From the NCBI GenBank assembly GCA_040756235.1, contig JBFLZG010000139.1:1-33520 (forward strand): a DNA stretch of 33,520 nucleotides. Direction: 5' to 3'. The notes below the pieces were generated by a model, which saw only the letters and a list, made by a program, of their open reading frames with translations, made no database searches and was not told where the DNA came from. The stretch is from a bacterium. GTDB lineage: Bacteria; Desulfobacterota; DSWW01. Shown here piece by piece: positions 1 through 9,172 of the stretch. How positions within the stretch are numbered: position 1 is the first letter of the stretch; each line of letters starts with the position of its first letter. Made by a program: the position numbers and the translations under genes.

Positions 1-860
1 AACCGGCTGGCGAACCCTCTGAACCCGAGCACGATCGGAACCTGCACCCCCTGCTCGCAAGGGAGGCAATACTCGCAGCGCCGGCAGAACCGGGTCCCGA
101 GCTCGGAGCGGATTCTCTCGATCTCCCTCCGCTCGGCTTCGGACAGCGGTCTCCGGTCGCGGTAGAGACCCACGATCTCGTCCATCTCCTCGCGCGCCTT
201 CACGCCGGGGATGGGAAGCACCGCCTCATACTGCTGCAGGAAGCGGAAGCACAGGTCGGCCCTCCCGAGCACGCCTCCGGCCAGCGGCTTCATGCCGATC
301 ACTCCCATGTCGCGCTCCCGGGCGACGCGGAAAAGCTCCTTGGCAGGATCCTGCTCGATAAAGTTGAAAGGCACCTGCACGGTTTCGAAAAGCCCGGTGT
401 TGCAGGCCTGGACAGCGGTCTGGACGTTGTGGGAGCTGAACCCGACGGAGCGGATCTTGCCCTCGGAGCGCGCCTTGCGGAGCGCTTCATAGGCCCCGCC
501 CGGGGCGAGCACCTGCTCCAGGGTCTCCGGCTTGGCGATCTGGTGGATCTGATAAAGGTCGATCGCGGCGGTCCGGAGGCTCCGCAGGCTCTGCTCGAGA
601 TGCTTGGCCGCGCCTTCCGCATCCCGCTTCATGGTCTTGGTGGCCAAAACCACCCGCTCGCGGACCGACTCGAGCGCCGTCCCGATCTTGCTCTCGCTGT
701 CGCCGTACATGGTGGCGGTGTCGAAGAAGGTGACGCCCAGATCGAAGCAGTGGCGCACCACGGAAACCGCCTGCTCCATGGAGAGTGAAACGATCGGGAT
801 CCCGCCGAATCCCAGCTCCGAGACGATGAGGCCCGTCCTTCCCAGTCTTATGCTCTTCAT
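1..860 (-). CDS. Aldo/keto reductase with C-terminal Fe-S Cys motif (runs off left edge of window)
   Basis: Absent from the ORF track because it has no stop in the window. Manual translation from ATG at 860: MKSIRLGRTGLIVSELGFGGIPI...FFDTATMYGDSESKIG...VLATK...IDLYQIH...GVIGMKPLAGG...FCRRCEYCLPC. Confidence 0.9.
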   Translation of the reverse strand, partial: MKSIRLGRTGLIVSELGFGGIPIVSLSMEQAVSVVRHCFDLGVTFFDTATMYGDSESKIGTALESVRERVVLATKTMKRDAEGAAKHLEQSLRSLRTAAIDLYQIHQIAKPETLEQVLAPGGAYEALRKARSEGKIRSVGFSSHNVQTAVQACNTGLFETVQVPFNFIEQDPAKELFRVARERDMGVIGMKPLAGGVLGRADLCFRFLQQYEAVLPIPGVKAREEMDEIVGLYRDRRPLSEAERREIERIRSELGTRFCRRCEYCLPCEQGVQVPIVLGFRGFASR

Positions 861-1599
861 GTGAAGCCCCCGTTGCTCATCGAGGTCCGTGCGGTTTTCG
901 AACCCTCCCGCCGTCGTTGCGGCGGTATCGCATTCGTCACACCCGGCCAAGGCCGCTGAGGCGGCCGCGAGCCGCCGTCCCGATCGCAGCGAGGGAGATC
1001 CCGGCACAGAGGGGATGCCCGCTCACTTGGGAGATTCATCGCATGCGGGCCCAAACAGAATGAAGCAGAGGCAGCTGAAAGAAGTCGGGAGATTGCGAGC
1101 GCAGCGAAGCAACCTCCCTGGCCCGGGGGTTGCTTCGGTCGCCTGTGGCTCCCTCGCAATGTCCGCAACGCTTCCTGTCCCTGCTCCGCCGCTCCATGGC
1201 CTTGGTCGGAGACGACGGCCCCCATCTGCATTCTTCGAGGGTGCTCCCTGCGGCTCACGACTCACGGCCCTTTTCGAAAATGGCCCGGAGCCCGCCTGTT
1301 GTCAACAAAGGCCTACGGGAAGGACAAAGCGAACAGGACAAACGAAAAGTCAAGGATTGTCTCCTTCGGCTTCCCCTTTCTCCTTTTGCCTTTGCCCCCG
1401 GCCCTTCGGTTTTCAGTCCGCCATTTCACCCACGATGGCGACCCAAGATCATCCGTCCTCGGTCGTGGACCCAGAGCCGCGGAGCAAGCGTCATTTCACC
1501 TACAATGGCGATCCAGAATCATCAATCCTGGTCATACCCACCGGAAAGCCTCAGCGATATGCTACCGGACCTGACGAGGACCACATCAGGGGGAGGGCC

Positions 1600-2496
1600 A
1601 TGCAGACCGGTCCGATCAAGGCCATTGCGGTGGTGGGTGCCGGGACGATGGGATGTCAGATTTCCCTGGACTGCGCCCTGGCAGGGTACGAAGTGAAGGT
1701 TTTCGACGCCGATCCGAAAGCTCTCGAGACGATGCCCGGCCGCTGGCGCATCTGGTCGGAGTGGCAGGTCGAGAAGGGCTTTGCCTCGGCGCAGCAGGCC
1801 GACCGCGCGCTCGCCCGGATCCGGAGGACACCTGATCCGGAAGAGGCCGGCCGCAGCGCCGACGTGCTGATCGAAGCCGTGTTCGAGCACCTGGACACCA
1901 AGCGAAAGGTCTTTGCGCAGTTCGAAGAGATCTGTCCGGAGAGGACCCTTCTCGTCACGAACACCTCCACCCTCATCCCCCGCGAGATGGAGACCGGCAT
2001 CCGGCGCAAGGACAAGTTCAGCGCCTTCCACTTCTGCTGGCCGAAAACCATCATCGAGATCATGCGCGGGAGCGCGACCTCGGACGAGACGGTCGCCCGC
2101 CTCGAACAGCTCGCGCGCTCGCTCGGCTACCTGCCCATCCGCATCCGGAGGGAGTTCCCCGGGTACGTTCACGCGGCGCTCTTCGCGGCCTGGGCCATGA
2201 CCGGGGTGCAGCTCGCCGCCCTCGGGATCGCTTCCCTCGCGGACATCGACCGTGCCTGGATGCGCGGCGACGAGGCGCCCATGGGCCCGCTGGCGGCCCT
2301 GGACGCGGTGGGGCTGGACCTGGTGATGATGATTCTCAAGCAGATGCAGGCCATCGGGGTCCCCGGCTTCGACTACCAGACCATGGCTTCGTTCCTGCAA
2401 CCCTACCTCGACCGGGGGGATCTCGGCCGCAAGACCGGCAAGGGCTTCTATTCCTACCCCAAGCCGGAGTTCCAGGACCCCGGTTTCCTTCGGTGA
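1600..2496 (+). CDS. 3-hydroxyacyl-CoA dehydrogenase family protein
   Basis: GAGTMG Rossmann motif, IEAVFE..KRKVF, TNTST, HF, MGPLAALDAVGLD, LGRKTGKGFY. GGAGG RBS before ATG 1600; the ORF-track upstream extension runs through repeat DNA. Confidence 0.92.
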   Translation: MQTGPIKAIAVVGAGTMGCQISLDCALAGYEVKVFDADPKALETMPGRWRIWSEWQVEKGFASAQQADRALARIRRTPDPEEAGRSADVLIEAVFEHLDTKRKVFAQFEEICPERTLLVTNTSTLIPREMETGIRRKDKFSAFHFCWPKTIIEIMRGSATSDETVARLEQLARSLGYLPIRIRREFPGYVHAALFAAWAMTGVQLAALGIASLADIDRAWMRGDEAPMGPLAALDAVGLDLVMMILKQMQAIGVPGFDYQTMASFLQPYLDRGDLGRKTGKGFYSYPKPEFQDPGFLR

Positions 2497-2518
2497 ACCC
2501 GATCTGAAAGGAGAAACC

Positions 2519-3280
2519 ATGGGCGGTCTGCTCGAGGGCAAAGTGGCGTTGATCACCGGAACGGCCAGCGGGGTCGGGCGCGCCTCTGCGCGGCTGTTCT
2601 CCCGCGAGGGCGCCAAGGTCATCACCTCCGACGTGAACGTCCGGGGTGGCGAGGAGACCCTGGAAATGGTGCGCAAGGCCGGCGGGGAAGGCATCTTCGT
2701 GCCGACCGACGTCACGCAGAAGGCCCAGGTGGAGAACCTGGTCCGGCAGGGCGTCGCCGCCTTCGGACGGCTCGACTGCGCCTTCAACAACGCCGGAATC
2801 GACGGCAACCTGGAGCCTCTGCTGGAAAGCACCGAGGAAGACTGGGACCGGGTCATCCGCACCAACCTGAAGGGGCACTGGTACCTGATGAAGAGCGAGA
2901 TCCCGGAGATGCTCAAGGCGGGCAAGGGCGCCATCGTGAACGTGGCGTCCATCTGCGGCGTGGTCGGCCTGCCGAGCAACGCCATCTACTGCACGGCGCG
3001 CCACGGCGACGTCGGCATCACCAAGGTCGCCGCGCTGGAATTCGCGGACAAGGGGATCCGGGTCAACGCGGTCGGCCCGGGCGGCATCAACACGCCGCTG
3101 TTCCAGAAGTTCACCCACGGCGACCAGCAGCTGCAGGCGTACATCCGCCAGTTGCACCCGATGAAGAGGATCGCCGAGCCGGAAGAGATCGCGGAGGCCG
3201 CCTGCTGGCTCTGTTCCGACCGGTCTTCCTTCGTCACCGGCCACCTGCTGATCGTGGACGGGGGATTCACCGCCCAGTAA
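2519..3280 (+). CDS. Short-chain dehydrogenase/reductase (SDR), YxxxR variant
   Basis: TGTASGVG, NNAG, NVAS, YCTAR, IRVNAVGPG, VDGG; AAGGAG RBS. Confidence 0.92.
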   Translation: MGGLLEGKVALITGTASGVGRASARLFSREGAKVITSDVNVRGGEETLEMVRKAGGEGIFVPTDVTQKAQVENLVRQGVAAFGRLDCAFNNAGIDGNLEPLLESTEEDWDRVIRTNLKGHWYLMKSEIPEMLKAGKGAIVNVASICGVVGLPSNAIYCTARHGDVGITKVAALEFADKGIRVNAVGPGGINTPLFQKFTHGDQQLQAYIRQLHPMKRIAEPEEIAEAACWLCSDRSSFVTGHLLIVDGGFTAQ

Positions 3281-3528
3281 CCGGCTGGTTCGTGTGTTCA
3301 GGAGCCCGGACGGGGAGCGGACCCGGGAGGGGGTGCCCGGCGCGGCCGGGCAGATCCTGTTCTGCTCTTGCGTGGACGGGCCGGATCTTCAGGGGAGAGT
3401 TTGGACAAGGCGCCCGGCTGCCTGCCGCCGCGCGCCGACGGGGCTGAGGGAGAAGGTACAAGAAGATCGACCCTCAATATCGCCTTGGGGTTTGCTCGCA
3501 TGAACGGGCAGCCGAGAAGGAGCCAGAC

Positions 3529-4983
3529 ATGCACCGAGGTTTCACACGCAATTTCAGACCCCTGGAGATCTTGACTCAGGAGCAGGTCGAGACGATCTGG
3601 TCGAGGGCGCTCGACGTGCTCTGGACCACGGGGGTGCGGATCGAGCACCGCAGGGCGCTCGAGGTGCTGGAGCGCAACGGCTGCCGGGTAGATTACGACC
3701 AGATGCGGGTCAGGATGCCTCAGGGGCTCGTGGAGGAGTGCCTGAGGAAGGTCCCTTCGAGCTTCCGTTTGAAAGCCAGAGACCCGGACAAGGACATCAT
3801 CCTCGGCGGCTCGACTCTCCACTTCATCCCTTTTCCCGGCATGCACACAGTGGACCTCGAAACCTGGGACCCCCGGCCCCCGACCCGGCAGGAGTTCATC
3901 GATGGTGTCCGGGTCCTCGACGCCTGCGAGAACCTGGGCTGCTTCGGCAGCTACACTCCCTACTTCGGCTACGCGGACGTGCCCCCGGCCATGGCCATCA
4001 CCGAGGGCTTCGCCCTGCAGCTCACCCACTCGACCAAGGCCCAGTTCATGGAGGGAACGGCCGCAGGATCTGACATCTTCAACCTCCAGCTGGCGCAGGC
4101 CGTGGGCGTCGAGTACTGCGGCGTCGTGGCCTGCTCGGCGCCGCTTACCTACTACGAAGACCAGATCGACGGGCTCTTCCGGTACGTGGAGGCCGGCTTT
4201 CCGGTCGTCTGCGGAGGGGGGCACGTCATGGGCGGCAGCGGCCCGGCCACTTTCGCCGGCTCGCTCATCCTCGACCTCGCGATGGACACGGCCCCGATCG
4301 TGCTCGCCCAGCTCCTCAGGCCGGGCACCCGCACCGGGATGGGAGACATCGGGTTTGCCATGAACATGCGGACAGGGTCTCCCGACTTCGGGGCGATCGC
4401 CACGTCCCTGCACCAGGTGGCCCGGGCGCAGCTCTCGCGCAAGTACTCGTGCGTGATCGGGGCCGCTGCCTGCGGCATCAGCAGCTCGAAGAGGATCGAT
4501 TTCCAGTGCGGCTACGAGAAGGCCCTCTCCGTGATGACGGCGGCCCTCGGGGGGGCCAACCTCATCTGGCTGCACGGCGGGATCTACGGCGAGCTCACCC
4601 ACCATCCCGTCCAGGCTGTGCTGGACGAAGAGATCGCCGGGATGGTGGGAAGGTTCGTCCAGGGGATCACCGTGAACGACGATACGCTGGCCCTGGAGCT
4701 CATCGAGCAGGTCGGCCCGGTCCCGGGCAACTACTTGACGACGCCGCATACGCGGGAGTGGTGGAAGAAGGAGCAGTACGTACAGAAGTTCACGGACCGG
4801 CTCACTCTGCCGGAGTGGACCGCGGCCGGAAAGAAGAGCGCCCTCGACTATGCCAGGGAGAGGACGGAGCAGATCCTGGCCACGCACAAGATTTCCAAAC
4901 CGCTCAGCGCGACCGAGGAGGAGGAGGTGCAGAGAATCCTGAAGGACGCATATTCCTATTACGGCAAGAAAGGAATGCTGTAA
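3529..4983 (+). CDS. mttB: MttB-superfamily methylamine/quaternary amine:corrinoid methyltransferase, non-pyrrolysine
   Basis: GGSGPATFAGSL, SSSKRIDFQCGYEK, GGANLIWLHGG, DDTLALELIEQVGP..GNYL..PHTR; no in-frame TAG; AGGAG RBS. Confidence 0.9.
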   Translation: MHRGFTRNFRPLEILTQEQVETIWSRALDVLWTTGVRIEHRRALEVLERNGCRVDYDQMRVRMPQGLVEECLRKVPSSFRLKARDPDKDIILGGSTLHFIPFPGMHTVDLETWDPRPPTRQEFIDGVRVLDACENLGCFGSYTPYFGYADVPPAMAITEGFALQLTHSTKAQFMEGTAAGSDIFNLQLAQAVGVEYCGVVACSAPLTYYEDQIDGLFRYVEAGFPVVCGGGHVMGGSGPATFAGSLILDLAMDTAPIVLAQLLRPGTRTGMGDIGFAMNMRTGSPDFGAIATSLHQVARAQLSRKYSCVIGAAACGISSSKRIDFQCGYEKALSVMTAALGGANLIWLHGGIYGELTHHPVQAVLDEEIAGMVGRFVQGITVNDDTLALELIEQVGPVPGNYLTTPHTREWWKKEQYVQKFTDRLTLPEWTAAGKKSALDYARERTEQILATHKISKPLSATEEEEVQRILKDAYSYYGKKGML

Positions 4984-5061
4984 CTCAGCCGACGGCGCCG
5001 ATTCCGCGCGGGCGCGCGGACGATTCACTTTGTGAAGATGCTGTCGAAAAACACCTTTCGA

Positions 5062-5256
5062 GAGACTGCCGAGAAATGGCCAGATGCATGGCGCGCGAAA
5101 TCCTGAGGCTTGTTCCGAGGAGGCTGAGCGACGAGGAAACCCCCGGTTGCCGCTGACGCCGCAGCGGTGCAGGGAGGTTGCTTCGCAAAGCCTCGCAATC
5201 TCCGACTTCGCTTCGCTCGCAACAGGCGCCGCAGATGGCCGTTTATCGACAGCCTC
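5062..5256 (+). mobile_element. MITE family B copy 1 (IS1182-like ends) with internal REP insert
   Basis: Ends GAGACTGCCGAGAAA / TTTATCGACAGCCTC. Shares CCAGATGCA..GAAATCCTGAGG and GCAGATGG with the copy at 24106. Confidence 0.65.
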
Positions 5257-5274
5257 TGAAGGAGGGATCGACCG

Positions 5275-5919
5275 ATGGGAGACGAGATGCTCCAGAAGCT
5301 CAAGCAGGCCGTGCTGGCCTACGACCGGCAGGGGGCGATCGATTGGGCCCGCAAGATCGTAGAGGCTTCGGTCGACCCGCTGCGGGCCCTCGATGCCTTG
5401 ACCGAAGCCATTCGGGAGGTCGGCGAAGGCTTCGGCAAAGGAGAGCTGTTTCTTCCCGACATGGTTGGTGCAGCGGATGCCATGAAGGCAGCCACACCCA
5501 TCCTCGAAGCGGCGATCGAGCGGTCCGGGGCCAAGCGGGAGAGCGTGGGGACCGTTGTCCTGGGCACCGTCTTCGGAGACATTCACGACATCGGCAAGGC
5601 GATGGTGTCCACCCTCATGACCGCCCAGGGGTTCAAGGTGGTGGATCTGGGCGTGAACATCACGGCAGAGCAGTTCCTCGCTGCCGTCCGGGAGAACCAT
5701 CCGGCGATCGTCGCCATGTCCTCCCTGCTGACCACCACCGCCCCGGAGATGAAGAAGGTGATTGAACAGCTAAAGAGCGAAGGGCTCCGGGAGAAACTGA
5801 AGGTGATGGTGGGAGGCGGGGCCATCACGGACGCCTTTGCAGCCGGGATCGGCGCGGACGGATACGATCCGACAGCCGTCGGAGGAGCTGTCCTGGCCAG
5901 GCGCCTGGCAGGGAAATGA
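5275..5919 (+). CDS. Methyltransferase cognate corrinoid (B12-binding) protein, MttC-like
   Basis: N-terminal cap (GELFLPDMV), GDIHDIGK DxHxxG motif, DLGVN, SSLLTTT, VMVGGG, GADGY. Confidence 0.95.
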   Translation: MGDEMLQKLKQAVLAYDRQGAIDWARKIVEASVDPLRALDALTEAIREVGEGFGKGELFLPDMVGAADAMKAATPILEAAIERSGAKRESVGTVVLGTVFGDIHDIGKAMVSTLMTAQGFKVVDLGVNITAEQFLAAVRENHPAIVAMSSLLTTTAPEMKKVIEQLKSEGLREKLKVMVGGGAITDAFAAGIGADGYDPTAVGGAVLARRLAGK

Positions 5920-5954
5920 GAGGCGCGGCTGCCGCGCTTCAGGTTCGCGAGCCG

Positions 5955-6095
5955 TGGATTCCGGCCTTCGAGCCTGTGTCATGGTCCGTCATCCCGGCCC
6001 AGCTGCGCAGCGCGTGTGAGCCGGGATCCAGAAGGTTGCATCCAGGGCCAGGGCGGGGGACATGGACTGGATTCCGGCCTTCGCCGGAATGACGG
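5955..6095 (+). repeat. Family A composite repeat (CGTC-type REP doublet with MITE-like left end)
   Basis: CGTCATCCCGGCCC..GCGCGTG..AGCCGGGATCCAG plus CTGGATTCCGGCCTTCGCCGGAATGACG; near-identical blocks at 16907 and 20021. Confidence 0.8.
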
Positions 6096-6300
6096 GGAAA
6101 GCTGAGACTCGTGAGCGCGGCCGCCGCAGGTCGCGAGGCCTTGCCCTGGCGATCACTCCGCACCGGATCTCTGCCGTCGGGGGTTGCCACGGACCTTCGG
6201 TCCTCTCAATCTCCGGTATTTGGGGCCATCGCCACGTCGCCCCTGGGCAACAGCTCCTCGAAAAGACGTGACGTCTGATGTGAGGGAGGTACCAACCGCA

Positions 6301-7746
6301 ATGCCACCCAAAGGACACGTGGTCGAAAGACCGTTCAATGTCCTCAAGCCCGAGGAAGTAGAGAGAGTCCACGAGGCGATGCTGCAGGTGCTGGAGCAGA
6401 CCGGCGTGGTGTTCGACGACGAGCGCGCGCTCCGGGTGCTGAGCGACGCGGGCTGCACGGTCGAGAAACAGAAGAAGCGCGTGACCTTCCCGCCTTCGCT
6501 GGTCGAGGACGCTCTGAGGAAGTGCCCTGGCAAGGTCGTGCTCAAGGCGCGCAACCCCGAGTACGACGTAGAGCTCGGCGGCAACCGAGTCTGCTTCTGC
6601 CCGTGGATCGGCATGGACACCGTGGATATCGAGACCTGGGAGCGCAGGACCCCTGTAGAGCAGGATTTTCTCGATGCCTCCAGAGTGCTCGACTACCTGG
6701 ACGAGGTGCACGTCTACGGCTTCGGGCCTTACGCCCACATCGACGAGAAGGTCGCCAGCGGCGTGTGGGCCTACCTGTGGCTGATGGCGTTCAACCTGCG
6801 CCACTGTCAGAAGGCCCTGTTTGCGGCTGCGCAGATGGGCTCGGACGCGTGGATGGTGCGGATGTTCAACCTGGTCGGCGTGCGGCCTGCCGTGCTCCTG
6901 AGCGGAGCGCCCCCCCTGACCTGGCCCGGCCACCAGCTCCAACTCCTGTTCAGCGCCGCCGAGGCCGACTTCCCGCTCAACCCCTTCAGCGGCGTCGCCG
7001 CAGGAGCGAGCTCCCCGGCCACGCTCGCCGGTACGGTCGTGCAGAACTATGCCGAGGTGGCGGCGATCATCGTGCTGGCCCAGGTCTTCAGGCCCGGCCT
7101 GGAGGTCCTGGTCGGGAACTACTCGCAGGTCATGGGCATGCGCGAGAGCTGCGTCATTCAGGGCGGTCCCGAAAGGGCTCTGCTGGACGCCGCCTGGTCG
7201 CAGGTCTGGCGCAGGAACGGGATCCCCTGCACCGGCATCGTTGGCTCGGACGCCAAGGCGATCGATTACCAGTGCGCGGTCGAGAAGACCCTGTCCGCAA
7301 TGGTCATGGCCATGGCGGGCAGCAACAAGATCTATTTTCACGGCGGGGTTTACGACGAGCTCACGAACCACCCGGTGGCGGCCATCCTCGATAACGACGC
7401 GGCCAAGATGGTCGGCCGGATCCTGGACGGCATCCGGGTGGACGAGACGACCCTGGCCGCCGACCTGATCCGGGAAGTCGGCCCGGCCCCGGGCTCGTTT
7501 CTCGGCACCCGGCACACGCGCGAGAACTGGAAGAAGGAACAGCTCCTTCCGGACGTCTTCGACCGCTGGCCTTATCCCGAGTGGGTGAACAGGGGGAAGC
7601 AGGACAGCATTGCCAGAGCCAGGGCGAAGTTTGCCGAGATCGTCTCCCGGCACGAGGTCCCGCCCCTGCCCGCAGACCAGGAGAAGGAGCTTGCCGAGAT
7701 GCTGGTCCAATCGAAGAAGGAGCTCGAATCCAAGGGCCTGGTGTGA
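6301..7746 (+). CDS. mttB: Second MttB-superfamily methyltransferase, non-pyrrolysine
   Basis: GASSPATLAGTVVQ, GGPE, GSDAKAIDYQCAVEK, DETTLAADLIREVGP..GSFLGTRHTR; GGAGGT RBS before ATG 6301. Confidence 0.9.
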   Translation: MPPKGHVVERPFNVLKPEEVERVHEAMLQVLEQTGVVFDDERALRVLSDAGCTVEKQKKRVTFPPSLVEDALRKCPGKVVLKARNPEYDVELGGNRVCFCPWIGMDTVDIETWERRTPVEQDFLDASRVLDYLDEVHVYGFGPYAHIDEKVASGVWAYLWLMAFNLRHCQKALFAAAQMGSDAWMVRMFNLVGVRPAVLLSGAPPLTWPGHQLQLLFSAAEADFPLNPFSGVAAGASSPATLAGTVVQNYAEVAAIIVLAQVFRPGLEVLVGNYSQVMGMRESCVIQGGPERALLDAAWSQVWRRNGIPCTGIVGSDAKAIDYQCAVEKTLSAMVMAMAGSNKIYFHGGVYDELTNHPVAAILDNDAAKMVGRILDGIRVDETTLAADLIREVGPAPGSFLGTRHTRENWKKEQLLPDVFDRWPYPEWVNRGKQDSIARARAKFAEIVSRHEVPPLPADQEKELAEMLVQSKKELESKGLV

Positions 7747-7812
7747 GTCGCCTCCATCTGCGGCAAGGTCGGACTTGCTACCAAAACCTTCTACTGTGCA
7801 CCCGGCCACGGC
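7747..7812 (+). pseudogene. Internal fragment of an SDR paralogous to 2519-3280
   Basis: Translates VASICGKVGLATKTFYCAPGHG, versus VASICGVVGLPSNAIYCTARHG in the intact SDR; no start codon. Confidence 0.75.
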
Positions 7813-7928
7813 CCGAAGGCTCGCGGCAATCCAAACAGGGTCTTGGGCGTTGACCATGGTGCGGAAACCCGAAAAGGCGGACGCACAACCGGGTGAACGG
7901 TTCATCGCCAGGCATCAGGAGCCCGTTC

Positions 7929-8786
7929 ATGACCAAGAACCGTGCAACCGCGCTGGTTACGGGAGCAAGCTCCGGAATCGGTTGGGAAATGGCCAAGAGG
8001 CTTGCTCAAGAAGGATATCCGGTCATCGCGGCGGCCAGGCGCCTGGATCGGCTGGAGGCCCTGGCCCGGGAGGCCGGAGGGATCACGCCCAAGACTGTGG
8101 ACCTTGCTCATCCTGAAGGGGTCGAGGCTTTTTGTCGTTTCTTGCGGGAACTGCCGGAGCCCGTCGGAATCCTGGTGAACAATGCCGGCTACAGCATCCG
8201 CGGTGTTCTTGAGAACCAGTCCGTAGAGGCCATGCAGCGGTTGTTTCAAGTCAACGTGTTTGCCTTGATCCGGATCACGCAGAGTTGTTTGCCGGGAATG
8301 CGCAGCAAACGAAGGGGCACCATCGTCAACGTGAGCTCGCTGGTCGGCAAGGTCAGCAATCCGTTGAACGGGGTATATGCCGCCTCCAAGCACGCGGTGG
8401 AGGCCGTGAGCGATGCCCTGCGCCTGGAGCTTCGGCCATTCGGCATCCGGGTCGTGACCGTCCGGCCCGGGCCGGTCGCCACGGAGTTCCATGCCATTGC
8501 CCAGCAGTGGGATCAGCCCCAGGATCAGATGATTGCGGACTATGTGCCCATTCTCGAGGCCGCGGGCAAGGCTACGAAGGCCATGCTGGAAAACCTCCGG
8601 ATGGCGAAGCCAGAGGACGTGGCCCGGGTCATCGTCGAGGCCATCCTTTCCGATGCCCCGGCTGCAGCCTACACGGCAGGCCCGCTGGTGGAGGACATGC
8701 TGGCTGAACGGAAATCGTTGAGCGATGACGAGTTTGACCGGATGATGGCCAAGCGGATGGGGCTGTGGGACTTGAGACTCACGTGA
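7929..8786 (+). CDS. SDR family oxidoreductase (different subfamily)
   Basis: TGASSGIG, NNAGY, NVSS, YAASK, VRPGPVATEF; AGGAG RBS. Confidence 0.92.
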   Translation: MTKNRATALVTGASSGIGWEMAKRLAQEGYPVIAAARRLDRLEALAREAGGITPKTVDLAHPEGVEAFCRFLRELPEPVGILVNNAGYSIRGVLENQSVEAMQRLFQVNVFALIRITQSCLPGMRSKRRGTIVNVSSLVGKVSNPLNGVYAASKHAVEAVSDALRLELRPFGIRVVTVRPGPVATEFHAIAQQWDQPQDQMIADYVPILEAAGKATKAMLENLRMAKPEDVARVIVEAILSDAPAAAYTAGPLVEDMLAERKSLSDDEFDRMMAKRMGLWDLRLT

Positions 8787-8806
8787 GACGAGGACGCAAG
8801 GCAGGA

Positions 8807-8977
8807 CTCACCGGCGGGGACCCGAAGATCAAGAAGCAGTTCGAAGAGATGCATCCCGCCGGCCGAATCTGCGAACCGGAAGATATCGCCGAGGCGGCCT
8901 TGTGGCTGCTGTCGGACAAGTCCGCCATGGTGGTGGGTCATCTGCTCATGGTGGATGGCGGATTCACTTCCATCTGA
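8807..8977 (+). pseudogene. C-terminal fragment of an SDR paralogous to 2519-3280
   Basis: LTGGD..MHPAGRICEPEDIAEAALWLLSDKSAMVVGHLLMVDGGFTSI* aligns to FTHGD..LHPMKRIAEPEEIAEAACWLCSDRSSFVTGHLLIVDGGFTAQ*. Confidence 0.85.
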
Positions 8978-8992
8978 CCCTTTGACGATCCA

Positions 8993-9025
8993 CCCAAAAT
9001 GGGGATGTGAATTCCCCATTTTGGG
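8993..9025. promoter_or_regulatory. Perfect 13-bp inverted repeat; candidate activator binding site or terminator
   Basis: CCCAAAATGGGGA-N7-TCCCCATTTTGGG upstream of the transport cassette; a GG-N10-GC motif lies at 9141-9154. Confidence 0.45.
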
Positions 9026-9172
9026 GAATATACATTTTCAGGAGATCCCGCGTAGAAGTGCGGATACCACTCCCCCCTTTGCATAGAACGGAACCATCGC
9101 AAAGGACACCGCTACATGCATGCAAATCTCTTCCGTTTCTGGCATCAAGCGCGCGCCATAGGATTTCCGAAC

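Noticed and set aside
889..1599. N-terminal extension of the 535-aa ORF
   Set aside because: It runs through REP-like and low-complexity intergenic DNA; the RBS and family motifs begin at ATG 1600.
7744..7746. TGA readthrough (selenocysteine) from mttB2 into the in-frame downstream sequence
   Set aside because: MttB2 is already full length (ends KGLV, like KGML in copy 1), the downstream peptide is a degenerate SDR fragment, and no SECIS was recognised.
3529..7746. Pyrrolysine-containing trimethylamine methyltransferases
   Set aside because: Neither gene has an in-frame TAG; Ile and Gly occupy the equivalent position.
3298..7905. Long antisense ORFs (800 aa and 638 aa; likewise 17117-18997, 20388-22571, 27747-29507, 29293-32055)
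   Set aside because: Shadow frames of high-GC genes on the opposite strand, with no motifs.
8765..8977. 70-aa ORF as a functional small protein
   Set aside because: It lacks the Rossmann and catalytic regions and its start is borrowed from the upstream gene; treated as a pseudogene fragment.
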